From Scenedesmus sp. PABB004 (taxonomy: Eukaryota): 64,000 nucleotides of DNA. The notes beneath the pieces are model-generated. The model searched no databases. It saw nothing but the letters and a program-made list of their open reading frames with translations, and was not told the DNA's origin. The stretch is from positions 682,001 to 746,000 of the forward strand of contig JABVCE010000011.1 in NCBI GenBank assembly GCA_014905635.1, in the 5' to 3' direction. The translations under genes were made by a program, and so were the position numbers. Below are positions 46,619 to 58,300 of this stretch, one piece after another; the first letter of the stretch is position 1, and every line of letters starts with the position of its first letter.

Positions 46619-48626
46619 TCAAGCAGTGCCGCTCGAGCACACAGGCGGGCAGCGCACAGCCTCAACGTGCCGCTTCCAACTGCGGTCGACGCACCAGCGC
46701 GCGCAAGAGCCTGTCGCTGAGCTAGCCACCGCCCACCGCCGCGCCGTCCGGCGGCGCGGGCACCTGCGCCGGCCACACCTCCACCTCAAACCAGCCGGGC
46801 GGCGCCGCGTCAGGCGCGCCGCCGCCGCTGCGCCTTCCCACACCGCGCGCTGGCCCTCGGCCGTCACCAACACTTGCACGTCCTGCACAAACTCCAACGC
46901 GCGCAGCCACGCCCGCGCGTCCTCGCCGCTCAGCTCGAGCCCAAACAGCTCCAGCCAGACATCGCACAGCCAGGTCATGCGCGCCAGGCCCATCAGCCCG
47001 GCAGGCGTGCATGCGCTGCCAGTCGGCACGCGCAGCTGCAGACCGGTGACCTGTGTCGGCGTGGCCAGCGCCGCCACCTCCGCGTCGTCGCTGGCTGACA
47101 CATCCAGCACGCGCAGCTCCTTGAGGCCGGCCAGGGCGCGCAGCGCCGCCACGCGCTCCGCCTGGGCGCTGGTGCCGGCCTCAAAGCTGGGCCCGGCCCA
47201 TTCATCATAACAACACAGACCAAGCGCCGTCAGCCCGCTGCAGTGCGCGGCCAGCCGCTGCAGCGAGGTAGGCGGCCACGGACCAGCCTGCACCGCCTCG
47301 CGCAGACAAGGGAACGCCTCAAACAGCACCAGGCCGCTGCCCCACAGCTCCACCACCGACGAGCAGGCTGCGATGGCGCCGCTGGCCGCGCCACCCTCCA
47401 CCCAGCTGCCCTCCAGCCGGGTGAGCCGGCTCAAGCTGGGTAGGCACGGCAGCGACTCGCGGGAGAGCTGGTCAACGGTGAGGTCCTGAAGGCCCGTCAG
47501 CGCCGCCAGTGCCGCCAGGAGGTGCGGGTCGGAGCCCTGGTCAACCCGGACGTTCAATGACGTGAGCCGCCTGCACCGCGCGAGCGCCGTGCACTCCGCC
47601 TCACCCAGCATGGGCCAGACACTGTCACCGGCGTCATCGCTGCTGTACTGCATCCCAAGCACGAGGCTCCGCAGGCCGGCGCAGGCGCCGATGGCGGCCA
47701 GGCCCTGGTGGTCCGGCACCAGGGGGAGCACGAGCTGCGTGAGCGCGGCGAGGCCCGCCAACCAGCCGTAGTGCTGCGCGCTGCTGTGCACGCCGTCCAC
47801 GCCAGCAATGTCGACGTCAAGGCTTGCCAGCGCACTCACGGCAGTCAGTGCCGACAGGTGGCTCAGCATGGCGGCTGAGCGCAATGCTGTGTCATCTATA
47901 ATCTCAAAGCGCACCGCGACGCGCGTGAGCTGCGTCGCCAGGCCGACCGCCCGCCACGCGGCGTCGCTCCCCGCCCAGCTGCTGCTCAGGGTCAGATCCA
48001 GCGACCGCAGGCCTGGCAGCTGCGCTGCCACTGCCGAGATCGCCGGCGCCACAACTGCCGGCTCGCCAGCAGCGGCGCTGGCTGCCGCGTCCAGGCGCAG
48101 CGACGTGAGGCGCGGCAGCCTGCAGGTGCAGGGGTGGGCAGGTCCGGCGGGTGGCGCAGTGAGCACTCCGTGTGGATTCGTCTGGATAGCTGCTTGCCGC
48201 ACGCACGCGCGCCACCCGCAAACAGCGCCCCGCCTGGCTGCGCGCGCCGGGCGCCGCCGCTGCTCACCTGGCGAGCGCGGGCAGCAGCGTCGCCAGCGGC
48301 GTGCCGGCGTCGCCGGGACTGGTCAGGGCGAAGGCCACCTCGCTGCAGCCGGTGAAGCGCTGCCCCAGGCGCGCCAGCGCGGCCGCGTGCGTGCAGTCGG
48401 CGGCGCGCAGCGACAGCGCCGCCGCGCTGCTCTGCACGAGCCGCCGCGCCTCCCTGCAGGCCAGCGCGAACGCGGGCGCGCTGCCGGTGTCCGCCCGCAG
48501 CTTGGGCAGCAGCGCCTCTACCCACACGCCGTCGTCCAGCGCCGCGAGCGCGCGCAGCAGCGGGCTCGGCGCGTCGGCGGCGGCCGGTGCCGCCGCGCAG
48601 CGCCGGGCGCGCGCGCGGGTCATCAT
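46619..48626 (-). CDS. Family A copy 3 (exons 48626-48268, 48119-46619; apparent frameshift near the 3' end)
   Basis: Same two-exon structure and LRR motifs as copy 1. Confidence 0.75.
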
Positions 48627-49121
48627 GGCGCCTCCTGGCAGAGCGCTGCAAGGCGTCGGAGCGCTGCCGGGTCGGGGGCGAGGAGTGGGGCTGTGTGTGC
48701 GCGGCGCGCGCGGGCGGCGGTGTCGCGCGGCGCGGCGGCGCAGGGGTTCAAGCCGCGGCGGCGCGAGCTGGGACGGGCCGGCAGAGCTGGCGGCCGCCTG
48801 CTGCCATGCGTGGCCCTGCGGCCGGTGCGGTGGCCTGGCGGCGGTCGCTGGCGGGCGGCGGCTGGTCCGGAGCGCGGCGGCGGGTGCGCTGGCCAACTCG
48901 CCGAGGCTCGACGATCGGCGCCGGCGCGCAGGAGGGTGCGGCGCGGCGGTGAGCGCTGTGCAGGGGGCGTTGTTTGTTGAACTGTGTGCAGGCCGCGGTC
49001 CGCTCGCGCAGCCACGCCGGCCAGCCAGCACGCCGACTGCCCCCGCTTGACCCACCAGCGCCCCCACCACCCACCAGCGCGCACACGCCAGACGCGAGCC
49101 ACCGCCCGCTGACGCGTCGTC

Positions 49122-51063
49122 TCACTCCTCCTCCTCCCACTCGCCCTCGCCGCCTGAAGTCCACTCGTCGCTGTCCTCCTCTCCGTCGGACCAGACTCCG
49201 GCCGGCGGCGGCCTAGGCTGCACCACGCCACACGTGAGCTTGGCAGGCAGCGCGTGGCCGGCCGCGCGCGCCGCCGCCGCCGCGCCCGCCCACACCGCAC
49301 GCACGCCCTCGTCCGCCACATACACGTGCACGTCCCGCACAAAGTGCAGCGCGCGCAGCCACACCTCCACGTCTTCTGGCGCCAGCTCCAACCCAAACGG
49401 CTCCAGCCAGACATAGAACAGCCAGGTCATGCGCGCCAGGGCCATCAGCACGGCAGGCGTGCACGCGCTCCCCTCCGGCACACGCAGGGTCAGGCCGGCG
49501 ACCTGCGTCAGCGTGGCCAGCGCCGCCACCTCCGCGTCGTCGCTGGCTGACAGACCCAACACACGCAGCCGCTTGAGGCCGGCCATGGCGCGCAGCGCCG
49601 CCACGCGCTCCGCCTGGGCGCCGACGTCAAAGCTGGGTCCCTCCCAAAAGCTGCGCATCACTATCTTCAGCATCATCAGCCTGCTGCAGTGCGCGGCCAG
49701 CCCCCGCAGCGTGGCGGGCGGCCACGGACCAATCTGCACCATCTCACGCAGGCGGGGGAAAGCCTCAAACGGCACCAGGCCGCTGCCCCACAGCTCCACC
49801 ACAGATGTGCAGGCTGCGCCAGCGCCTCCAGCCCTGCCGCCGGCACTCTCCACCCAGCTGCCCTCCAGCCGGGTGAGCCGGCTCAAGCTGGCGAGGCACG
49901 GCAGCGAGGCGCGCGACAGCTGGTTGATGGTGAGCTCCTGCAGGCCCGTCAGCGCCGCCAGTGCCGCCAGGAGGTGCGGGTCGGAGCCCTGCTCCACCGG
50001 GATCTTCAGGAAGGTGAGCCGCGTGCACCGCGCGAGCGCCGCGCAATCCGCCTCGCCCAGCGCCGCCGGGACAAGGGTGCCGCTGTCATCAAAGCTGGGA
50101 TGCACAGCAAACTTGAGGTTCTGCAGGCCGGTGCAGGCGCCAATGGCGTCCAGGCCCTGACGGTCGCACACCAAGGGCAGCTCGAGCTGCGTGAGCGCCG
50201 CTGGGAGGCCAGCCAGGAAGCCATAGCAGTGCTGCGCGAGGACAATGCTAGGGGTGCCAACGACCAGGCTCTCCAGGCCGCTGATGGCGGTCAGTGCCGA
50301 CAGGTGGCGCAGCATGACGGTTGAGCGCACGCCCAGGTCGAAGCGCACCGCGACGCGCGTGAGCTGCGTCGCCAGGCCGACCGCCCGCCACGCGGCGTCG
50401 CTGTGCTCCCAGCTGCTCCCGAGCGCCAGCTCCAGCGACCGCAGGTCTGGCAGCTGCGCTGCAACTGCCGCAATCGCCGGTGCCATGGCTGCCGGCTCGC
50501 CAGCAGCGGCGCTGGCCGCCGCGTCCAGGCGCAGCGATGTGAGGCGCGGCAGCCTGCAGGTGCAGGGGTGGGCAGGTCCGGCGGGTGACGCAGTGAGCCC
50601 TCCGTGTGGATTCGTCTGGACAGCTGCTTGCCGCACGCACGCGCGCCGCCCGCAAGACACCGACACGCCCCGGCCGACCACGCAGGCCGGCCGCCGCTGC
50701 TCACCTCGCGAGCGCAGGCAGCAACGTCGCCAGCGGCGCGCCGGCGTCGCCGGGACTGGTCAGGGCGAAGGCCACCTCGCTGCAGCCGGTGAAGCGCTGC
50801 CCCAGGCGCGCCAGCGCGGCCGCGTGCGCGCAGTCGGCGGCGCGCAGCGACAGCGCCGCCGCGCTGCTCTGCACGAGCCGCCGCGCCTCCCTGCAGGCCA
50901 GCGCGAACGCGGGCGCGCTGCCGGCGTCCGCCCGCAGCTTGGGCAGCAGCGCCTCTACCCACGCGCCCTCGTCCAGCGCCGCGAGCGCGCGCAGCAGCGG
51001 GCTCGGCGCGTCGCCGTCGGGCGGCGGCGCTGTGCCGCGCCGGGCGCGCGCGCGGGTCATCAT
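49122..51063 (-). CDS. Family A copy 4 (exons 51063-50705, 50553-49122)
   Basis: Same structure; acidic tail WSDGEEDSDEWTSGGEGEWEEEE*. Confidence 0.78.
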
Positions 51064-51496
51064 GGCGCCTCCTGAGCCGCTGCGGGGCGTTGGAGCGCTG
51101 CCGGGGCGCGGGGAGCGGAGTGGGCTGTCTGTGCGCGCGCGCGGGCGGCTGCGTCGCGCGGCGCGCCGGCGGCGCAGGGGTTCAAGCCGCGGCGGGGCGG
51201 GCGCCGCCGCTCTGCGTGGCCCGATTGCAAGCGGCTGGGCGGACCCAGCCGGCCCGGAGCGCACTCACAGTCCTGCGCACCCACCGCTCGCTCCTGCCAG
51301 CTAAACGATCAAAAAAGGTTCCATCGGCGCGCGACCGCGCTGCAATCGACGCCCACCGATCACTCGCGCAGACGCGTGCGGCGTCCGAGGCGCGCCCGTG
51401 CGCCGGACTCAAAAACCGCACGACGTCCTGCGCCCCCTGCCTGTGCACGCCGCCGCTCGCGCGCCCGCCGTGCGGTGGTGCCCCGCCGCCGCGCGC

Positions 51497-52297
51497 TCAC
51501 AGGCCGCCGCCCTCGAGCGGCGTGCGGCTCGCGTCGCCCGCGGCCCAGCGCTGGTAGTCGCGGTCGAGCTGGTCGAGGAAGCGCGGGACCATGAGGTTGA
51601 GCGTCGTCTGCATCACGCGGCTCCCCGCGGCCTCGATGCTCGGCAGCGGCACGACGCCCGCCCAGCGTGGGACCTGGACGATGACCTCGATCGCCGCGTC
51701 GGCGCTGAGGGCCTTGCTGCCCGGCGCGGCGCCGCCCGCCCAGCGCACGACGTTGGTCATCGTCGCGCTGAACTTCTCGTTCACCTCCTGCACGAGCCGC
51801 GAGCCCTGCAGCTCCGCGGAGAGCAGGCGGATGGTGCAGCCGAGCCCCGGCTCGACGGCGACGCTGACGGTGATTACCGGCTCGACGGCAAAGCCCAGGA
51901 ACGCGAGGCGGCCGACGTAGCAGCGGAAGGTGTCGTCGTCGAGGCGCTCGACCTTGCGCGCGTCGAGCACGCTGTACTGGCTCGCCGGCAGCGCCATGTA
52001 GTCGGGCAGCGGGCGGGCGCCCTCGCGCACGACGACCGACTGCTGCCGCCGCGCCGCAAAGCGCGCGACGCGCGCGCCGCCGGCCGCTGCCGGCCCCGCG
52101 CCCGCCGCCGCCGGCTCCGGCGCGCTGGTGGAGGCGACCTCGGCGGTGCGCGCGAGGCTGCTCTCGCTCGCCGCGGGGCGCGGCGGCAGCAGCGGCGCGC
52201 CGCCGGCCGCGCCGCGGCGCGCGAGCGCATGCGGCGCGCCGCCTCGCGGCACGGCGCCTCCCCGCGGCGCGGTGCGCCCCAGGGCGCGCTGCTGCAT
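51497..52297 (-). CDS. DUF1997 family protein, intronless, probable plastid transit peptide
   Basis: YMALPASQYSVLDARKVERLDDDTFRCYV and VPRFLDQLDRDYQRWAAG motifs. Confidence 0.85.
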   Translation of the reverse strand: MQQRALGRTAPRGGAVPRGGAPHALARRGAAGGAPLLPPRPAASESSLARTAEVASTSAPEPAAAGAGPAAAGGARVARFAARRQQSVVVREGARPLPDYMALPASQYSVLDARKVERLDDDTFRCYVGRLAFLGFAVEPVITVSVAVEPGLGCTIRLLSAELQGSRLVQEVNEKFSATMTNVVRWAGGAAPGSKALSADAAIEVIVQVPRWAGVVPLPSIEAAGSRVMQTTLNLMVPRFLDQLDRDYQRWAAGDASRTPLEGGGL

Positions 52298-52777
52298 GGT
52301 GGCGCGCCCGCGATTGGCCGGCAGGCCCGGCGCAGCGTCGGGCGCGGCCTGCGCTGCGGGGGGCGGGCCTGACGGCGCGGTGGGCGGCCGAGGGCGATAA
52401 CCGGGAGGGCGTGGGCACGACGGAATGGCCTGCGGCGCGGTGCGCGTCCGCATTCGCCCGGATCTGCGCGGACGCTGCTCTCCGCTGAGCCCCGGCGGTC
52501 GCTGGGCGCCCCAACCAGCACCGCGGGACGTCCCTCGCCGCTCCTGCCACCGGCCGCGCGTCCTCGGCCCCGCCAGCGCGCCAGCCGGGCCGCCTGTCCA
52601 GCGGCTGCTGCTGCTGCCCATCTGCTGCTGCTCGCCACCTGCGCCTGCCCGCCCTCGCTCCCGCGACTGGACCGCTCGTCCGGACCGGCAGCTGCGCGCA
52701 GCGGCAGCGGCAGCGGCAGTCGCGTGGCCCGCGGCGGCGGCAGCAGCGGCGACAGCAGCAGCGGCGGCGGCGCGGCG

Positions 52778-53455
52778 ATGCTGCGCCGGCTCGCCGGCGC
52801 GCTGCCCTGGGCGGCGGCGGCTCAGCAGGCGGCGGCAGCAGCGCCGGCCGGCGCGGCCGGCGCGGCGGCGCAGCTGCAGCAGCAGCTGCAACAGCAGCCG
52901 CCGGCGGCGCAGCAGGAGCAGCAGCAGCTGTGGCAGGCGCCGCTGCTGGAGCAGCAGCAGCGCCTCCTCCTCGCGCGCGCCTACAGCCAGGCGCTCAACC
53001 CCAAGGAGCAGAAGCGCGCGGCGAAGAAGGAGAAGCGCAAGGAGCGCAAGGCCGCGGGGGGCGACGCCGGCGGCGCCGCCGCCGCGGGCGGCGAGGCGGG
53101 CGGCGCGTTTGCCGACGACGCGGGCGGCCCCGCGGAGCGCGACGTCACGCGGCTCGTGCTCGCGGCGATCGACAACGTGACGCCCGTCCTGGACGTGCGG
53201 CCGATCCGCACCGCGACCAAGGTCAGCTACGTGCCGGGGCTCATGCCGCCGCGCAAGGCGCGCTCGCTCGCGCTGCACTGGCTCGTGCGCGCCGCCGACG
53301 CGCGCGCCAAGGCGAGCGCCGCGCCCTACGCGGAGTGCCTCGCGCTGGAGCTGCTGCTCGCGTTTCAGAAGAAGGGCGCGGCGCGGCAGAAGCGCGACGA
53401 CCTGCACAAGCTCGCGCTCGCCAACCGCGCCAACGTGCACCTGCGCTGGTGGTGA
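52778..53455 (+). CDS. RPS7: Nucleus-encoded mitochondrial ribosomal protein uS7, intronless
   Basis: AIDNVTPVLDVR, YVP, LALHWL and GAARQKRDDLHKLALANRANVHLRWW*; MLRRLA presequence-like start. Confidence 0.85.
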   Translation: MLRRLAGALPWAAAAQQAAAAAPAGAAGAAAQLQQQLQQQPPAAQQEQQQLWQAPLLEQQQRLLLARAYSQALNPKEQKRAAKKEKRKERKAAGGDAGGAAAAGGEAGGAFADDAGGPAERDVTRLVLAAIDNVTPVLDVRPIRTATKVSYVPGLMPPRKARSLALHWLVRAADARAKASAAPYAECLALELLLAFQKKGAARQKRDDLHKLALANRANVHLRWW

Positions 53456-53715
53456 CCGCGGCGGCAGCGGGCGCGGCGGCGGCGGCGGCGGTGAGCGGGC
53501 TGGCCGTGGCACGCGCGGTTGCAAGGCAACCGCGCGCGGTGGCTCGTGTGCGCGGCGGCGAACTGAACCCGCCCGCCCGACCGCCAGCGCCGCGGCCGCT
53601 GTCTTCGTCTTCTCGCCTTTCCGTTCGTGTTCGCTGGTCTCTCCCTTTTCGCTCTCGCACGCGCACAGCAGGCACGCTCGCGGAGCAACCGAAACAGCAG
53701 CCCCGCCCTAGCGCG

Positions 53716-54349
53716 ATGAAGGCGCCCGTGCTGCTCCTGCTAGTGGTGGCCGCCGCCGGGCTTGCGCTTGTGGTGAGGCGCGGGCGGCTGGGCGCGCCCG
53801 AGCGGGTGCAGGGCGGCAGCAGAGCCGATGATGCCCGATTGCTGGCCCACCGCACCCCCGCCCGCCCCCCGCAGGCCGCGCAGGAGGAGGGGCACGGCGG
53901 TGCCGCGTGTGCCGCCGACGTGGCGGCCCTGCAGCGCGCGGTGGAGCTGAAGGAGGCCGCCGCCGCGGAGGCGCAGCGCGAGGTCGCCGCGCTGAAGGCC
54001 GACCTCTCGGCGGCGACCGGCAAGCTCAGCCAGGCGCAGACCGAGCTCAACAAGGCGCAGACCGAGCTTGCCGACGCGGGCGGCAAGCTCTCGGCGCTCG
54101 AGGCGGAGCTGGCGGGCACGAAGGGCAAGCTGCAGCGCGCCGAGGAGGTCGCGCTCGAGGGCGCCGCGACCTGCAAGCGCTCGCTCACCAAGGTCGAGTC
54201 CAAGCTGTCGGAGCACGCGGCGCGCCTGGAGGAGCTGAAGACGCTCGAGGACGCCCTGCTGCCGCTCTGGCTGTCGCGCAGGTGCTGGGGGCTGGCTGGC
54301 GGCCGGCGCACGCACGCCCGCGCGCGCGCGCGCGGGCGGGCTGCGCGCC

Positions 54350-54380
<31 letters not shown>

Positions 54381-55100
54381 GCCGCCGCCGCCCCCGCCTC
54401 CACGCGCGCGCGCCCACGGCCGGTTGCGCCGCCGCGCCGCAGGGTGGATGCCGGCGTTGCCTTTGCGAGTGCGCAGTGGGCGCAGCTGCGCGAGTCCGAC
54501 CTCGCCGCGCAGGTCGCCGAGAAGGTGGCGCCGCACGTGGAGCAGGCCATGGCCGCGACCAAGCCCGCGCGCGACGCCGCCGCCGTGCACGTGGCGCGCG
54601 CCAAGGTGCGCGGCGCGGCGGGCGCCAGCGCCGCCGCCGCGAGGGGGGTGGGGCGCGGCGCGCGCCCCACTGCATCACCCACCCACCCACCCACCCACCC
54701 ACCCACCCACCCACCCGCCCACCCACCCACCCACCCACCCACCCCTGCGCCGCGCCACTCGCAGGAGGCGCTCGCGGCGCTGCCGGTGGCCGACGCGGTC
54801 GCGTCGGCGCGGCGCCAGCTGGCTGACGTCGAGCGCGAGCTCACGGCCGTGGTGGGGCGCTTTGTCGCGGACCGCCCCGCGCTGGCGGGCCTGGCCGACC
54901 CGGTCGCGCTGCAGCTCGTGGTGTACAGCATCATGGGCCTGCCCGCCCTGCTGCTCGCGGCGCTGCTGCTCGCCGTCGCGGGCGGGCCGAGCAAGCCGGC
55001 CGCGGGCGGCGGCGGCAAGGCGGGCGCCAAGAAGCCCGCGGCCGGCGGCAAGAAGGCGGCCGCCGGCGGCGGCACGGCGGCCAAGAGCCGCAGGGCCTGA
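53716..55100 (+). CDS. Signal peptide + coiled coil + C-terminal TM protein with Lys-rich tail (4 exons)
   Basis: MKAPVLLLLVVAAAGLALV, heptad-rich exon, LLPLWL, VVYSIMGLPALLLAALLLAV TM; TGA at 55098-55100. Confidence 0.7.
54676..54744 (+). repeat. (CCCA)n intronic microsatellite
   Basis: About 17 units with one interruption. Confidence 0.95.
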
Positions 55101-55259
55101 AGGACGCTCGCTGAAGAACGGGGGTGGGGGGAGGGGGGGGCTTTTCCTCGCACGCCGCGCAGCGCAACGCAAGCAAACCTGCGCCTCTCGCCCTCCAAGC
55201 GCGCAGCGCAGCACTGATCAATCCCAGCCGCACCCTGCACGTCAGACTGTTACACACAG

Positions 55260-55264
55260 TGTAA
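55260..55264 (+). promoter_or_regulatory. Candidate chlorophyte polyadenylation signal TGTAA
   Basis: TGTAA 160 nt downstream of the stop at 55100, in a less GC-rich stretch. Confidence 0.55.
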
Positions 55265-55393
55265 TCCACGCCAAACGCAGCGCGGACGCCCGGCGTGGGC
55301 TTGAACCGCTCGAACGACGACGTGACGCGCCGAGGTTCCCACCGCCTCCCCCCGCACCCCCCAGCCCTTCCCGCTCGCCTCGGCAGCTCGCGG

Positions 55394-58300
55394 ATGGCGG
55401 AAATGGCGGAGATGGCGCAGCTGGCGGCAGCGCGCCCGCGGCGCGACGGCGAGTTTGAGGTCCTCCGAATCCTGTGCGACCGCGGGGCGCCCGTTGAGCT
55501 GCTCGCCATCGTCAGCTGCGCCTCGCTGAGAGCGTGGAGGCGCGTCCGGTGCGCGCGCGGCGAGGCGGCGCAGCGCGGCGGCGCGCTGCTGCTGCTGCTG
55601 CGCGCGCCGCGGCCGCCGGCCGCGCCACCGCCCGCCGCTCGGCGCCCACCGCCCGCGACTCAGCGCCCGCCGCCCACCGCACGCGACCCGCCCGCCGCAC
55701 GCCCCGCAGGCTGCTCGTGCGCGCGAGCCTGGCGCAGCTGCTGCCGCCGCTCGTGCGCCGCGCCGCTGGCGTGCACGGCTCTCCGGGCTACGCACGCTGC
55801 GCGGCCGCCGCGCGCTGGCTCGCGATCACCGCGGGGCCGGGCCCCGTCGCGGCGCTGGCGGGGGTGCTCGTCGGCACGCCGCGCGTGCCGCCCGACCTCG
55901 CCGCCGCGCTGTGCGACGCCGGCGTGAGCATCACCGCCGCGCAGCTGGCATACGCGGTCGCGGCGCGCGTGCCGGGCGTGGAGTCGTGGGTGGTCAGCCA
56001 CCGGAGCGGCCTGCCCGCGCTGACCGAGGCGATCTGCTCGACACGCCGCCCCGAGCTTGGCTTCAGCGCGGTGCGCCGCGCCGCGCGCCGCTTGCAGGAC
56101 GGCCGCCGCGCGCGTGCGGGGGCTGCGCGTGCGCGCCCCCGCCCCGCGCGCCGACGCGCCGCGCTGGTGTGCCACAGGCGGAGCTCAAGGCGCTGCTGCC
56201 GCGCCTGCAGCCGGACGAGCTGGCCGACGCGGCCGCGCTCGCCTTCAACGCTCTGAGCCCCACGGCCGCGGGCGTCCTGCTGGCGCACCTGGAGAGCCCG
56301 GCCGCGCAGCTCGCCCAGCTCGACGCCCGCCACGCGCAGGCGCTGCGCGACGCGCCCGCGCAGCGCCGCCGCGGGGTGCTCGTGGCGCACCGCGGGCAGC
56401 TCCGCGTGCCGCCGCTGGTGAAGGCGCTGCGTGAGGAGCAGGTGCAGGAGCGCGCGGAGCTGGTGGCGCGCCACGCAGCGCTGCGCGCGGCCCTCACGCC
56501 GGCCCTGCTGGAGCGCCTGCTGCTGAGCGCCGCGGAGCGCGGCCACGGCCGGCTGCTGCTGCAGCTGTGCGCGCTGCCGGAGGCGGCCGAGGTGTCGGTC
56601 GGCGCTGCGGCGCCGCTGCTCGAGGCGGCCGTGTCGCGCGCCGACGTCGGCGCCCTTGCCGGCCTGGCCGCCACGAAGGCGGCCAAGGCGCTGCCAGTCT
56701 CCGCGGTCGCCTCGCTGCTGCGCCAGGCGGTGCAGCGAGGCTTCTCCTCCGGCGCCGCCGTGCTCGTCGGCCTGCCAGCGGCCGCCGCGATCGCGGGCGG
56801 CGAGGCCGCGGCGCTGCTCCGCCTCGCGACGCAGCAGCAGGACAGGGCAACGGTGGCCAGCCTGCACGCGCTGCGCGGCGCGGCAGACGTGTCGTCCCAG
56901 AGCGTGGGGGAGCTGCTGCGCGCGGCGCTGCAGCAGCAGGACGCCGGCACCGCCGGCGCACTGGCCACGCTCCTGGCGGCGCAGCTGATTCCGCCCGGCC
57001 AGCTCGGCAGCATCGTGGCCCTCGGCCTGCGGAGCAGACTCGCCGCCAGCACGTCGGCCCTGCTGGAGCTTCAGGGCGCGCAGCAGCTGGACCCCGGCAC
57101 GCTCGCAGGCGCGCGCGCGGGCGGTCGCGGCGGGCCCGCCGCGCGCGCCGCGGCGCGGGCCGGCGCGCGCCGCGGTGGCCCTCGCGCACCTGCGCCGTCC
57201 CCCTGCTCGCGCAGGCCTCATGGAGACGGCCATCGAGTGCGCCGCCCAGTCCAGCTGCGTCACGAAGCTCGCGAGCCTCCCGGCGGCGGCGGCCGTGCCG
57301 CCGGCGCGCCTCTCCGGCCTGCTCGCGGCAGCGCTGGCGGCCGGCGAGCGCAACAATTCGTTCGCGACCTTCGCGCAGGTGCGCGCGCGAGCGGGAGCGC
57401 CCGGCCGCGGCCCCCGCACCGCTCGCGCGTCCGCGCGGTGGCCCGGCCGACGACGCCGCTCCCGCCCGCGCCGGGCGACGCGGCGTGCGCAGATGCTGCG
57501 GCTGCAGGGCGCGGCGAGCGTGGAGCCGGAGAGCCTGCTGGGTCTGCTGACGCGGGCGCTGCGGCGCGCGGGGCCGACGGCGTGCCAAGAGATCTGCGAC
57601 GCGCCCGTGGCTGCGCAGCTGCCGGCGGCGTCCGTGGCGAGCCTGCTGCGCGACGCGCTGCGCCTGGGCCGCGCCACCGCGGCAGAGTGCGTGGTCGGGC
57701 TGCCGGGCGTCGCCCAGCTCGGCGTGGCAGACGTGCAGGCCCTGCTCCGGCTCTCGGCGCGCGGCGTGGGGGTCATGGCCGTGACGAGCACGCTGTGCGG
57801 GCTGCCGGCGTCAGACCTCATCCCCACCGCCGTGGTCGCGGAGCTGCTCCAGTCGGCCATCTCCCGCGCGTCCTGCTCCGGCGTCGAGGTGCTGGCGGCC
57901 CTGCCCGGCGCCGAGGAGATGCTGCCGGAGGAGCTCGCGCCGCTGCTGCTGCAGGTGGGCGGGCCGCCGTCGACGGCTGCGTGCAGCTGGCCAGGGCCAT
58001 CACGCGCTGGCGGTTGCGCGCTGACCGCGCGGGTCGCCCCGGCGCCGAGCCGGCCGCGCGCGTGGTCGCCTCGGCGGCCGCTCGCGGCCTTGACTGGTGC
58101 CCCTGGCGCGCCCTGCGCCGCCTGCGCAGGAGGTGATATCGCAGAGCGAGTGCGACTGCGTGCTCGCGCGGCTCTGCGCGCTGTCCTGCGGCGACAACCT
58201 GCCGGCGAGCACCATCGCGGAGCTGCTGCGCGCCGCGCTGTCGCACGGCAACGGCCCGGCGGCGGTGCAGCTCTGCGAGCTGCCGGCGGCGGACGACATG

